Shown here piece after piece: positions 9,504 to 20,100 of a DNA stretch of 64,000 nt. A model generated the notes under the pieces. The model searched no databases and was not told the origin of the DNA. It was given only the letters and a program-made list of their open reading frames with translations. Location of the stretch: the IMG/VR virus record IMGVR_UViG_3300049217_000071, positions 186,001 to 250,000 of that record, one strand, 5' to 3'. Position numbers and translations under genes: made by a program. Every line of letters starts with the position of its first letter. The first letter of the stretch is position 1.

Positions 9504-11707
9504 ACCCTTTGAGACTATACATTGAAGGCTTTATGTGTTATGACTGGGCCTATATTGACTTCTCCCAATTTAGTTCTGCTTTGATAGTGGGCAAGATTGA
9601 GGGTAATGACGCTGACTCTAATGGCGCTGGTAAGACTACCATTTTCAAGGCTATCGAATATGTCTTGTTCAATCAATCAGACTTCAATTTGGAAAGAATT
9701 GTTCGAGATGATTGTGCTTCCTGTAAGATAGTTTTTGATTTTGTCATCGGCACACAGGAGTATAGGCTTGCACGCACACGTACGCGCAAAGGTGCAACGG
9801 ATCTTTCTCTCTACGAAAGAAATGGCGTGGATGGTTCTACTGAAGAAGTTTTGCATACGGACAAGTATCAAGCATTGTTTGATGAGAAATACTGGAAGGA
9901 CATTTCTGGTAGACGCACTACTGATACCGAGAAAGATTTAGCTAAACTGTTGAAGATCAATCTCAAGTCTTTCCGAATCTTCGTTCACTTCATCCAAAAC
10001 GATTTTGTCGGTTTGGCCACTGCTACCCCCGAAAAACGCAAGGGTATTCTCAAAGACGCCCTCAATTTGGCTGTGTATGCTAAGTTAGAGAAGATAGCTA
10101 AAGACAAGTGCAGCTTACTTAGTAAAGAGGCAGAAAAAATCCGCCTCCTTATCGATGGCGTAGGAGATCCTGATTTAGCTCTTACTGATTTAGTTCTTCA
10201 ACTATCTAATGTGGAAGTGGGTATCGAGGCGAGCACTACGCACGTAGCGCGTTTGGAAGAATTTCTGGTTGGAAGAAATGAAGACCTGAACAAACTAACC
10301 AACGAATACTCTAACCTGGAAAGCCGATTCTCTAATCTGATTGCTAAAGAGAAAGCACTAACTGCTGAAAAATCTAGACTAGAGATTTCTGTCAAGGAAT
10401 ACACCTCTAAGAAAGCTAATGTCGTCAAAGCTGCCCGTGATTTAGTGGCCGAGATGAAGCAACTGGAAGAGACCCGGAAGCAGTTAGTAGAGATCGATTT
10501 CAACCAAATTGACATCTTGTCGGAGCTGATTATCACCAACAAAGAAAGAGCCGCTCAACTCAGCCTTACTATCCAAACTGATACGGTCCGCTATGAGAAA
10601 CTCAAGAAGCCTATCCCCAAAGATGGTGAGTGCGAGGAATGTCGTCAGCCCATCACATCCGAACATAGGAAAATCTGCCAGGCCAAGCTGGACCAAGAGC
10701 GCACGGAGCGTCAGCAGAATATTCAGACTTGTAAGAAAGAAATTGGTGTATTGACCACGCAGAACGGGTTGCACCAACAGACCATCAATACTCTAACTTT
10801 GTCTAAGCAGCATTTGGAAGGGGTCAACGTCAAGATTGCTTCCAAGAAGAAAGAGCATGCGGATAAGCGTGAAACTCATGACGAATACAAAACCCTGTTG
10901 GATAAATTCACAACTGAACTAGAAGCTAAAAACACTGAGATTGAGAAGGTTAATGAGGATTTACAGAGTTCCTATACAGAGGTAGCAACGGCTCTCAATG
11001 AAAAAATTCAAGAGGCCAAACAGAAAGTGTCTCGCGATAGTGCGAGTTTGTTGGCAGCCAATAAAGAGCTGACGCAGTTCATCAGTAGTAAAGCGGTTAT
11101 TCAACATAGTATCAATCAAAAGACAGAAGATAAGCGTAAAAAGCTGGATTATGGTAAGCTCCTCAAAGAATTGGAGGACAAGCTCAGCGTGTATCCTTCA
11201 ATTTTGCAAGCCTTTTCTAGCACCGGTATTCCCAATCTAATCATCCATAATATCTTAGACGACCTTCAGTTAGAAGTCAATACGCTACTGAATCAATTCA
11301 AACCAGGATTGCAATTGACTTTTACTATCGAAAAAACTAAGGGAGATGGCACGGAAGCTGATACGCTGGACATAGATTACAAACTCAATGGTAAAGATCG
11401 ATACTATGAACAGCTATCTGGGGCTATGAGGTTGATTGTCAATTTCAGTCTAAAGTTGGGGCTATCCTTTCTCCTACAAAAGATGTTAGGCGTAGATATC
11501 AAGTTCTTACTGTTGGATGAACTGGATCAATCTCTGGACAAGTCGAGAGCAGATGCTTTTGCCGATATCATCAGGTTCTTGCATAAGGACTTCAATATCT
11601 TAGTAGTCACTCACAATGACCGTCTCAAGGATAAGTTTTCGCACGCCGTTCTGGTGGAGCAGGATATAAATATGGTATCGCATGCGCAACTGGTTTCTTC
11701 TTGGTAA
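9500..11707 (+). CDS. sbcC: SbcC/Rad50-like ATPase
   Basis: NGAGKTT, coiled coil with CEEC hook, LSGA signature, LLLDE, VTH. Confidence 0.92.
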   Translation: MNPLRLYIEGFMCYDWAYIDFSQFSSALIVGKIEGNDADSNGAGKTTIFKAIEYVLFNQSDFNLERIVRDDCASCKIVFDFVIGTQEYRLARTRTRKGATDLSLYERNGVDGSTEEVLHTDKYQALFDEKYWKDISGRRTTDTEKDLAKLLKINLKSFRIFVHFIQNDFVGLATATPEKRKGILKDALNLAVYAKLEKIAKDKCSLLSKEAEKIRLLIDGVGDPDLALTDLVLQLSNVEVGIEASTTHVARLEEFLVGRNEDLNKLTNEYSNLESRFSNLIAKEKALTAEKSRLEISVKEYTSKKANVVKAARDLVAEMKQLEETRKQLVEIDFNQIDILSELIITNKERAAQLSLTIQTDTVRYEKLKKPIPKDGECEECRQPITSEHRKICQAKLDQERTERQQNIQTCKKEIGVLTTQNGLHQQTINTLTLSKQHLEGVNVKIASKKKEHADKRETHDEYKTLLDKFTTELEAKNTEIEKVNEDLQSSYTEVATALNEKIQEAKQKVSRDSASLLAANKELTQFISSKAVIQHSINQKTEDKRKKLDYGKLLKELEDKLSVYPSILQAFSSTGIPNLIIHNILDDLQLEVNTLLNQFKPGLQLTFTIEKTKGDGTEADTLDIDYKLNGKDRYYEQLSGAMRLIVNFSLKLGLSFLLQKMLGVDIKFLLLDELDQSLDKSRADAFADIIRFLHKDFNILVVTHNDRLKDKFSHAVLVEQDINMVSHAQLVSSW

Positions 11708-11718
11708 GAGGTTAGAGA

Positions 11719-12315
11719 ATGTATAAGGTAGCAATTTCCGGCTTAGCCAATACGGGGAAGAACACCCTCAGCAAGATGATCGTCAAGCAGCTTCGCACAC
11801 GGAAGAAGGAATTGTATTATGTCAAGTATATGGCTTTTGCCGATCCCATCAAGAAGATGGTGCAGATTATGTTTCCCAATCTGCCCAAGAAGTTTCTTTA
11901 CGGCTCTTCCAAGTATCGCAACGAAATCGTTCCCGATGCTTTCAAGGATGGTAAACCCTTGACGGTGCGCCAACTCCTATGTGATCTAGGAACCTCGGTA
12001 GGTCGAGGTTATCAAGACGCTATCTGGCTCAACAATTTTGATGCCCGTTTTGAAGCAGAAACTAAGTGGAAGCAGATGGTGCTCGTAACTGACACTAGAT
12101 TCCGTAATGAGTTCGAGCATCTCAAGCAAAAAGGTTTCTATCAAGTGCGACTCTACCGAGAAACAGACGCCCCCAAGGTAGCTCACATAAGTGAAACCAA
12201 TCAGGGCGAAATCAAAGACCAAGAGTTCGACTATGTCATTCATAATGATAAAGGGTTGCACGATCTCAAAAGAGAGGTGCAAGATAACATCATACCGTAT
12301 TTGAAAAGTAAGTGA
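11719..12315 (+). CDS. Deoxynucleoside monophosphate kinase (T4 gp1-like)
   Basis: GLANTGK, FADPIK, RQLL..LGT, DTRFRNE. Confidence 0.8.
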   Translation: MYKVAISGLANTGKNTLSKMIVKQLRTRKKELYYVKYMAFADPIKKMVQIMFPNLPKKFLYGSSKYRNEIVPDAFKDGKPLTVRQLLCDLGTSVGRGYQDAIWLNNFDARFEAETKWKQMVLVTDTRFRNEFEHLKQKGFYQVRLYRETDAPKVAHISETNQGEIKDQEFDYVIHNDKGLHDLKREVQDNIIPYLKSK

Positions 12316-12339
12316 TGTATATTTCGGTATATATTCATC

Positions 12340-12654
12340 ATGAGCGTAGAAGCGCTAAAGGAAAAATTCGTCCCACAATATATGGCTACCGGCGAGCCTA
12401 AGTTCTATCGCCTTCTGCTTCTCATTGCTCTCAACAAATTAGTATGCATTAGCAAGGGCACCTATAAAGGAACGTCTCCAGAAGTAGAGTTTTTAGACTA
12501 TTATGATCAGTTCATAATCTTGTATAGGAGAGAAGGAGAGGAAGTTTATTTGGATTTAGCTCGCGTCTTTCGTCGAGCCGGTCATAAAATCTACCGCATT
12601 ATGCTCAAGAAAAAAATGACTGAGCGCAATCCAAGATTCCTCAATCTGGTATAA
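12340..12654 (+). CDS. Hypothetical protein
   Basis: 104-aa ORF in operon context. Confidence 0.55.
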   Translation: MSVEALKEKFVPQYMATGEPKFYRLLLLIALNKLVCISKGTYKGTSPEVEFLDYYDQFIILYRREGEEVYLDLARVFRRAGHKIYRIMLKKKMTERNPRFLNLV

Positions 12655-12655
12655 A

Positions 12656-13684
12656 ATGGCCGTTATTTGCGTTACTATCACAGAATCCCGTGAACAAGTT
12701 GTAGCGGGTATTCCTAAGACGATCTCTATCTCTACTAACGTAGCGGCTACCATCTTCTATACTTTGGATGGTACTACCCCGACCCTTTTCTCTACGATGT
12801 ATACGGGCCCCATTTTTTTGCCCTTCAATTCTTTGGTCGTCCATCTCAGTGTATTAGCCACCAACGGCACAGATTACTCCCCTGTGGTAACGGAAACCTA
12901 TCAAACTAATATGGTCCATGGCAACGCACGTCTTCCACATGCGGCTACTAATGCTCGCCCAGGAGATGTTTTGCCAGATACCTATCCGTTTGGAACTCCT
13001 CCCTATCAGCCCAATCAAAAATTCAGAAACCCAGCCGATTCGGGTGTGACGGTTTACAACCCAGAGAAACCAGCCACTCCTACCGGATTTGATGCCAATG
13101 GTAATCCAACCGGGTTTACCAACAAGCCTTTCAATTCCAAGCACTATCAAATCACTTATACCACCACCAATGCAGAGGGTGAAACTGGCCCCAACATTGG
13201 CAACCTTCCAGGCCAGGTAGATTTACCTTATCCTTCTGATATTCAGCCAGATATGGGACAGGAATCTAACCAAGGGCCCGAACAGACTAATCAGTTTACT
13301 ACTACTTTTGATCCCCGAGCTATGGTGATCTTTCAAGACTTTAGCAAAGAGGATCCTAACGATCCGCCACAAATCAATCGTCAGTTTTTCTCTATGGAGA
13401 ATCCAGAGCGTGCCAGAGACGGCACCTTCTTTTACAACACGGGCGTAGATGCTACTGCTCCCGTTAGCGGTTCTTTTGTGCGAGCCCATTTCAATCCAAG
13501 AGACAATACGATTACGCATTACTATCGAGATTCTTGGTCGAACAAATGGATCATTTCTACCGCACCTTATGTGCCTAATGGTTCTTATGATGGCAATCTG
13601 TCCCAGATTCCTCAAGGACTCAAGGGTTCCGGTGCAGGTGTAGTTTTTGAGTGGATTCCATTTCAGAGACGCGTTCTGTTTTAA
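12656..13684 (+). CDS. Protein with N-terminal Fn3-associated/chitobiase C-terminal Ig-like domain
   Basis: ATIFYTLDGTTPT..YTGPI. Confidence 0.65.
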   Translation: MAVICVTITESREQVVAGIPKTISISTNVAATIFYTLDGTTPTLFSTMYTGPIFLPFNSLVVHLSVLATNGTDYSPVVTETYQTNMVHGNARLPHAATNARPGDVLPDTYPFGTPPYQPNQKFRNPADSGVTVYNPEKPATPTGFDANGNPTGFTNKPFNSKHYQITYTTTNAEGETGPNIGNLPGQVDLPYPSDIQPDMGQESNQGPEQTNQFTTTFDPRAMVIFQDFSKEDPNDPPQINRQFFSMENPERARDGTFFYNTGVDATAPVSGSFVRAHFNPRDNTITHYYRDSWSNKWIISTAPYVPNGSYDGNLSQIPQGLKGSGAGVVFEWIPFQRRVLF

Positions 13685-13737
13685 TTGACAATATTTGTCC
13701 GATATATAGCTATTACACATTAAACGAAAAGATTATT

Positions 13738-14526
13738 ATGACAGACGAAGAATTGCGCCTCTCGGTTAGCAAAACCAAAACTTTTTTGGACTGCAAAGCC
13801 AAATATAAGTTCTGTTACGTGGAAAAGTTGCCCCGCAAGGATTGGGACTTCCACACTTTCGGCAAGTTCTGCCATAGAGTCTTAGAGTATTTCCATCAGC
13901 AATACATTGACGGTTGCCTACTCCCTTACAACGTCACTATGACGGATGGGTTCAAGGTAGCTTGGGCAGAATACAAAGACAAGATGACTCCCGAGATGAA
14001 GAAGGAATGCTGGGGAATTGTGGATCAATATCTGCGTCTGGTGACCAAAGATAAAAAAAGCGGACTGCCGGCCAACGTAATTCACGTAGAAAAGCGATTT
14101 GATTTTCAAATCGCCGATAATCTTGTGCTAAACGGAGCAATTGACAGGATTCAGATAGATGCTGATAATGTCATTCACGTAGCGGACTATAAGACGACCA
14201 AACACAAAAAATATCTGAAGAACGATTGGTTTCAACTCCTGACGTATGCCTATGTTATAGTGTCGCAGGATCCGAGCATCGAAAAGGTGAGAGCTTCTTA
14301 CATCTTGCTAAGACACGATTTTGAGTATATGACTACCGAGTTTACCAAGAAAGAGATTTTGGAAGTCAAAGGCAAGTTTGAGAACTATGCCGCTCAGATA
14401 TTGGCTGAAAAAGAATTCGTGCCTACTACAAGCAATCTGTGCAACTACTGTGATTATCAGCAACTGTGTCCCGCAGGAAAATCTATGTCGAGAGACAACA
14501 ACATTTATGGCGAAGTCGCCTGGTGA
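13738..14526 (+). CDS. PD-(D/E)XK RecB/AddB/Cas4-like nuclease, likely Fe-S
   Basis: N-terminal Cys, GAIDRI, DYKT, QLLTYA, CNYCDYQQLCP. Confidence 0.85.
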   Translation: MTDEELRLSVSKTKTFLDCKAKYKFCYVEKLPRKDWDFHTFGKFCHRVLEYFHQQYIDGCLLPYNVTMTDGFKVAWAEYKDKMTPEMKKECWGIVDQYLRLVTKDKKSGLPANVIHVEKRFDFQIADNLVLNGAIDRIQIDADNVIHVADYKTTKHKKYLKNDWFQLLTYAYVIVSQDPSIEKVRASYILLRHDFEYMTTEFTKKEILEVKGKFENYAAQILAEKEFVPTTSNLCNYCDYQQLCPAGKSMSRDNNIYGEVAW

Positions 14527-14532
14527 GGAATT

Positions 14533-15777
14533 ATGCAAATCGAAATTACCGAAGTAGAACCTTGTAAGCTGGTCGTTCATTATGAAGCTAACTTCCTAGA
14601 GATTTCTGACAAGCGAATGGAAGTTCAGAATGCTTTCAAGAAGGCGCCAGTTTCTGGTTTTAGACCCGGACACGCCTCTATGGATGCCATCAAGATGACC
14701 TATGGCAAGCAGATTGACGAAGCGCTCAAGCGTGCTTTGGCAGAAGATGCTTATCATAACACACTCTTCGAGAAGAAGCTCCGCCCACATGGCGCCCCTC
14801 GCTTCAACAATCTACTCTTGGATGGTGGCAAGTTCGTCTGTGAGTTCGAGCTATACACCAAGCCAGAGTTTGAATTGGCTGATTGGAAGGGAATGGAGAT
14901 CCCACAACCGCATCAAACTATGAATGCCAATATGGTTTTGGAGCAGATGCTGCAAGAAATGCGAACCAAGCTGGGAACGGCAGAACCTTACGGTGAAACC
15001 GATTTCGTCCAAAACGGAGACAGCATCATCGTGGATTACGAAGCTTCTATTGATGGAGTCAAGATCGACAATTTGAGCGTAGCTGGCGAGATGATGGTGG
15101 TCGGACAAAATCCTCTCAAGGGATTTGATGACAACTTTTTGGGAATGATTTCGGGTGAAACTCGTGAGTTTGATTTCGATGCTCCTGAAGGTGGCTTACC
15201 ATCTGTCTCTGGCAAGAGAGTTCACTTCAAGGTAACCGTAGCCACGGGTGCCAAGAATATTCCGTGTCCGTTGGATGATGAGTTGGCCAAGAAACTTGGT
15301 AAGAAAGATTATGCCGAGCTATTGGATCATGTTTCTCAAGCCGCCGCAATGCGTGTAGAAACCAACAAGAAGACACTTCTTCACGCAGCCATCGGTAATA
15401 AGATGGTGGCCGATACCAAAATTGCGGTCCCCAACTGGATGACTCTGTCAGAGGCGCAGTATTTGGCCGCTAATGCTCAGATGGATTGGAATGTTATGCA
15501 AGACACTGACAAAGAAAAGATGTTGCAGATGGCAGAAGGAAATGTCAAGCTAACCCTCATCTTGGATAAAGTTAGGGAATTAGAGCCTGCCGCTCAGTTG
15601 ACCGACCAGGAAGTGTTTGGGATTATCAAACACAACTTAGCTCAAAGCCAACAGGGCAATTTAGACGAAGTGATTCAGAATATGAATCGCACAGGTCAAT
15701 TACAGATTATGTTCTCTCGTATTAGGGACGTCAACGCTTTGGATTGCATTTCTAAACAGATCAAAGTAATCGAATAA
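14533..15777 (+). CDS. tig: Trigger factor
   Basis: GFRPGH ribosome-binding signature, FKBP-like middle domain (GFDDNFLGM), LDDELAK; 414 aa. Confidence 0.85.
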   Translation: MQIEITEVEPCKLVVHYEANFLEISDKRMEVQNAFKKAPVSGFRPGHASMDAIKMTYGKQIDEALKRALAEDAYHNTLFEKKLRPHGAPRFNNLLLDGGKFVCEFELYTKPEFELADWKGMEIPQPHQTMNANMVLEQMLQEMRTKLGTAEPYGETDFVQNGDSIIVDYEASIDGVKIDNLSVAGEMMVVGQNPLKGFDDNFLGMISGETREFDFDAPEGGLPSVSGKRVHFKVTVATGAKNIPCPLDDELAKKLGKKDYAELLDHVSQAAAMRVETNKKTLLHAAIGNKMVADTKIAVPNWMTLSEAQYLAANAQMDWNVMQDTDKEKMLQMAEGNVKLTLILDKVRELEPAAQLTDQEVFGIIKHNLAQSQQGNLDEVIQNMNRTGQLQIMFSRIRDVNALDCISKQIKVIE

Positions 15778-15790
15778 CAGGAGAAGATCA

Positions 15791-16102
15791 ATGAGCAAAG
15801 ATGATAAAGACACGGGGCCCGCTATTCTCCCCGAAAAGTGGTTCAAGGTTATTGAGAAGATGCCAGAGTTCAAGGAAACGGCAGATGCTGCCAGCGTAGA
15901 GGATCTCAAAAAGATCATTGTCTCTTGCGAAGGCAACCTGCACGACCTAGCCAAAGAAGAGGCCGCTAACACCAAGCTGTCTAGCGCTAAGGCCATTGCT
16001 AAAGATGAGTCCTTGCAATATAGGGAGGGTCGAAAGGCACAAAATGCCAAGATTCAGTACGCCCTCTTTCTTTTGGAAAGTAAGGGAGTCGATCTCGGAT
16101 GA
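15791..16102 (+). CDS. Hypothetical protein
   Basis: AGGAG SD. Confidence 0.6.
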   Translation: MSKDDKDTGPAILPEKWFKVIEKMPEFKETADAASVEDLKKIIVSCEGNLHDLAKEEAANTKLSSAKAIAKDESLQYREGRKAQNAKIQYALFLLESKGVDLG

Positions 16103-16377
16103 AAGTTGAAAGGTTTGTTATACAAGCCTGCTGTAATAAAAAGGCGATCGTCTTCAAGATTGACCGCCCCATAGGTATGTCTCTACTCCAATTTTTGACA
16201 AGTAACGGGTTTACATTAGCTGATCACTTCACCAAGGCAGGGATGCTGTATGCCGATAATTCGGCCTTAATAATAACAGGTCCCATCGGTTCTGATAAGA
16301 TCAATGCCAAGTGCAAGAAACCCGAGTGCGACCAAATCTTCAATGATTTCGAGGCATTGCTTGTCAAAATGGGGTGA
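16099..16377 (+). CDS. Hypothetical protein
   Basis: ATGA coupling. Confidence 0.55.
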   Translation: MKVERFVIQACCNKKAIVFKIDRPIGMSLLQFLTSNGFTLADHFTKAGMLYADNSALIITGPIGSDKINAKCKKPECDQIFNDFEALLVKMG

Positions 16378-16973
16378 GAATGGTCAAAGAGGCCGAAATA
16401 CACGAGTTGATATCGACGGCCTATCACGAGGCAGGTCATACGGTGTATGCCTTGCTCAATTTTATGAAGGTTGATTTGGTCTCTATTATTAGACCCAAGG
16501 GAAGCAAAAGAATAGGCGAAACTTGCTATTCTCATCCTGCTAACCTTAACTCTGTTAAGAGTGCAAAGCTTTTTCGTATGCTCTCTGAAATAGAGTTAGG
16601 GGTATGTTATGCGGGCGAAGAAGTCGAAAAGATGTTATTCAAGTCTCTTTCCGGCTCTGATCAAGTGCCTCAGTTTATCAAAGATGGTGCCAGCGGCGAT
16701 ATAAAGAGAGCAACGAATTTCATTAGGAAGTATAATCTGTTGCCTCTCGGCAAAAATAAGAAGAGGAGTAATTTCAAGAAGAGATTGTCGAAAAAAATTC
16801 AAGGCGAGCTAAACAATAATTGGGATGCCATTACGTTGATAGCTCATAGCTTGTATCATCACCGCAAGCTGACTTTCGACGATCTACAAAAGCTGCTCAC
16901 TACCAAAACACGCAACAAGAAGTTTTGGAAGAGTCAGTTCAAGAAGATGATCGCTTTTTATAGCGTGCCTTGA
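16374..16973 (+). CDS. Stand-alone peptidase M41 (FtsH protease domain)-like protein
   Basis: TAYHEAGH, YAGEEVE, GASGDIKRAT; no AAA or TM domain. Confidence 0.75.
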   Translation: MRMVKEAEIHELISTAYHEAGHTVYALLNFMKVDLVSIIRPKGSKRIGETCYSHPANLNSVKSAKLFRMLSEIELGVCYAGEEVEKMLFKSLSGSDQVPQFIKDGASGDIKRATNFIRKYNLLPLGKNKKRSNFKKRLSKKIQGELNNNWDAITLIAHSLYHHRKLTFDDLQKLLTTKTRNKKFWKSQFKKMIAFYSVP

Positions 16974-17104
16974 TAGCGTGATATTTACACCGTATTCCCT
17001 AACACTCACATACGCAGTCTACATATATTAGACTGAAAACGCCCCTCAGATGCGGGTTAGATATGTAATTGCTGTTATAATACCCAACCCATATCGGAGG
17101 TCTT

Positions 17105-20100
17105 ATGACCGACTTTGTTTCATTGCATAATCAGACTGATTTTTCTATTCTCGATTCACTTATCTCTCCCAAGGCGCTGTTCAAGCGAGCCAAAGAATTG
17201 GGACAAACGGCCATCGCTATTACAGATCACGGATCGGTGGCAGCCGCCTGGGATGCCTGGAAGGCTTCCAAAGACACCGGAGTCAAGCTCATTATTGGGT
17301 GCGAGTGTTATTTTCAGAATGATGCCGCCAATGTCAATGAGAAGTTCCGACACATTGTTCTGTTGGCCAAGAATGCGGTAGGCTATCGCAATCTACTTAC
17401 ACTCAACAAAAAAGGTTTCGACCAGAGTTCCTTCGTAGGTAAGCGAGTGTATTCCGTTCTGGACTGGAAATTGTTGGAGCAATACTCTGAGGGGCTAATT
17501 TGTTTGACGGCCTGCGGTAATGGTGTGGTGAGTCAATTATTGATGAACCATAAGATGGATGAAGCGGAAGATACTGTGCTGCGCCTCAAGCAGATTTTCG
17601 GCCCTAATTTGGGTTTGGAAGTGCAGCCCAATAATATGAAGCGTGGTTCTAACATCTTCAATGATGAGATTGATCAGTTCTTTCTCAATCGCCAGCTCAT
17701 CAATCTGGGTAAGAAGCACAACATTAGAGTGGTGGCCGCCTGCAACGCCCACTATCTCAAGAAGGAAGAATCGGAAACACACGATGTCTTTTTGGCCATC
17801 GGTTCTCATCAACCTATCTTTTCCAACTTCCGTTTGCGTTATCCCGTCCCAGATTTTTACCTGAAGACCGGCGATGAGGTGAAGGCTTTCTTCACCAGAA
17901 ATTATGGCGAAGTTGTGGCACAAGAACTGTGCGACAACAGCCTTCATTTTGCCAATCTGTGCGAGAAGCCAGAGTGGATTGATCCCAAATACTCTAATCC
18001 TACTGGTAAAGAGCTTCCTATCTTTCCCGTCAAGGACGAGCCTGATTACCAAGAGTTCCTAGAATGGAGACGTGCTCGTCCAGCAGCAGAGCGGGTTTTG
18101 GATGAGGACAAGGCTTTCTTGCGCTTTCATTGCTCTAAGTATTTCGATGCTCGCATCAAGGGATTGAATGATTCCAATGTAGAGCAGTATCAAAACCGTT
18201 TAGTGGAAGAGTTGGATGTTATTGAGTATCACGGTTTCTCCAGCTATATGCTCATCGTGGCCGACTTCATTGATTGGGCTCGTAAACACGACATTGCAGT
18301 AGGTGATGGTCGTGGATCGGTAGGAGGTTCTCTGATTGGGTTCTTGTTAGGAATCCATCAAGCGGATCCTATCAAGTATAATCTGATCTTCGCCCGATTC
18401 CACAACAAGGAGAAGTCTAGCTTCCCAGATATTGATACGGACTTTGCTCCATCAGGTCGTGAGAAAGTGCAGAACTATCTCCGACAGAAATATGGTGACG
18501 ACCACGTAGCTCACGTGTCCAACGTCAATACCATTACGCCCAAAGTGTATGCCAGAGATATTGCACGTGCTTGCGAACTAGGCGGTTCCAAAGATGAGGC
18601 GGTCAAGATTGGTAATGAGGTGGCAGACTGTTTGCCAGCCGAAATCCATTCCATCGATGAAGCTTTGACCAAAGTTCCTTTGTTTGCCGAGTATGTCAAG
18701 AAGTATCCTGAGTTTGAGAAATACAAAGACATCTGTGGCAAGTATCGTGCTTGGTCTACTCACGCAGGTGGTATCGTTATCTCAGCCCGTCCTTTGACCG
18801 GATTGGTGCCGCTCAGAAAAGATAAGGATGGCGCTCTCGCTATTGAGTATGATAAGGATAAGGCCGAAGAAAACGGTCTGGTCAAGATGGATACCTTGGG
18901 CCTTTCTACCCTGGATATCATTGGTCAAACTATGCAACTGATCAAGGAAGCTGGTAAGCCATTGCCTGCTGAACCTATGGATTATGATGTGTATGACAAG
19001 GAAACCTATGACGTCATTTCTGGTGGCGATACCTTCTGCGTTTTCCAGTTGGGAACCAGCGGAGGCACGGTGGATTTGTGCCGTCGTATCAAGCCTAACA
19101 GCATCAATGATTTGGCCAACATCAACGCTTTGGCCAGACCTTCCGCTCGTGATATGCGCAATGACTTTATCAAGACGCGTAATGGGGAAAGGCCTATGTC
19201 TCTCTTGCACCCCAACCTAGGCCGTGCTTTCAATAGCACCTACGGATTCGGTTTGTATGAAGAGTGTTTGATGTATCTGGCTCAGGATATTGCCGGTTGG
19301 AGTTTGCATTCGGCTGACCGTTTGCGTAAGCTGACCAAAGAAAAAGGCAAGAACCCCAAGAAGGCTCAGGAATGGAGAACAGAGTTCATCAATGACGCTG
19401 TCAAAAACAATGTCAATGAAACCATTGCCAAGAGAATCTGGGACGAAGTTGTGGATAAGTTCCAAGGCTACGGCTTCAACGTTTCTCACGCTGTGCTGTA
19501 TTCGATGACTGGCTACAAGACGGCCTTTCTGAAAGCTCATTATCCAATTGAGTTTCTAATGGCCAACTTGATGGCGGAAGTCAAATCTAATACTCCTGAT
19601 GCTAGAGGCAACATTGAGAAGATCAAGAAAGAGCTACGCAAGCATCGTGTCAAGGTAGTGCCGCCCGATGTCAATAAGTCCCAACTGGTTTACACCATTG
19701 AAGATGGCAATCGACTCATCACCGGCTTGGATGCTATCAAGTTTGTGGGTGAGGACGCCATTAAAGACATTATCAGTAAGAGGCCCTTCAAGGACTTTTT
19801 CGATTTTATGGTGCGTGTCAGCTCTAAAGCTGTGCGAGCCAATAGCATTCAAGCTCTGGCTGCCTGTGGCGCCTTGGACTCTTTCAAGATTCCGCGTAAG
19901 CTAATGTTCTTGTATTGCTCGGACTATCGCAAGAAGCTACAAGTTTGGTTGAAGAAGCACGATCCCAATGTGGATCAGTTTGTGTATCCATATCCGTCCG
20001 AACCGGATTGGAGCGATCCTGAGCTATATGCTTTGGAACAGTATTATTTGGGTGAGTCTTTCATCTGTCGACCGGCCCTGGCCTATGGCAATTTCTTCAA

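Noticed and set aside
13738-14526. Cas4 as part of a CRISPR-Cas system
   Set aside because: No other cas genes or array; typical stand-alone phage PD-(D/E)XK nuclease
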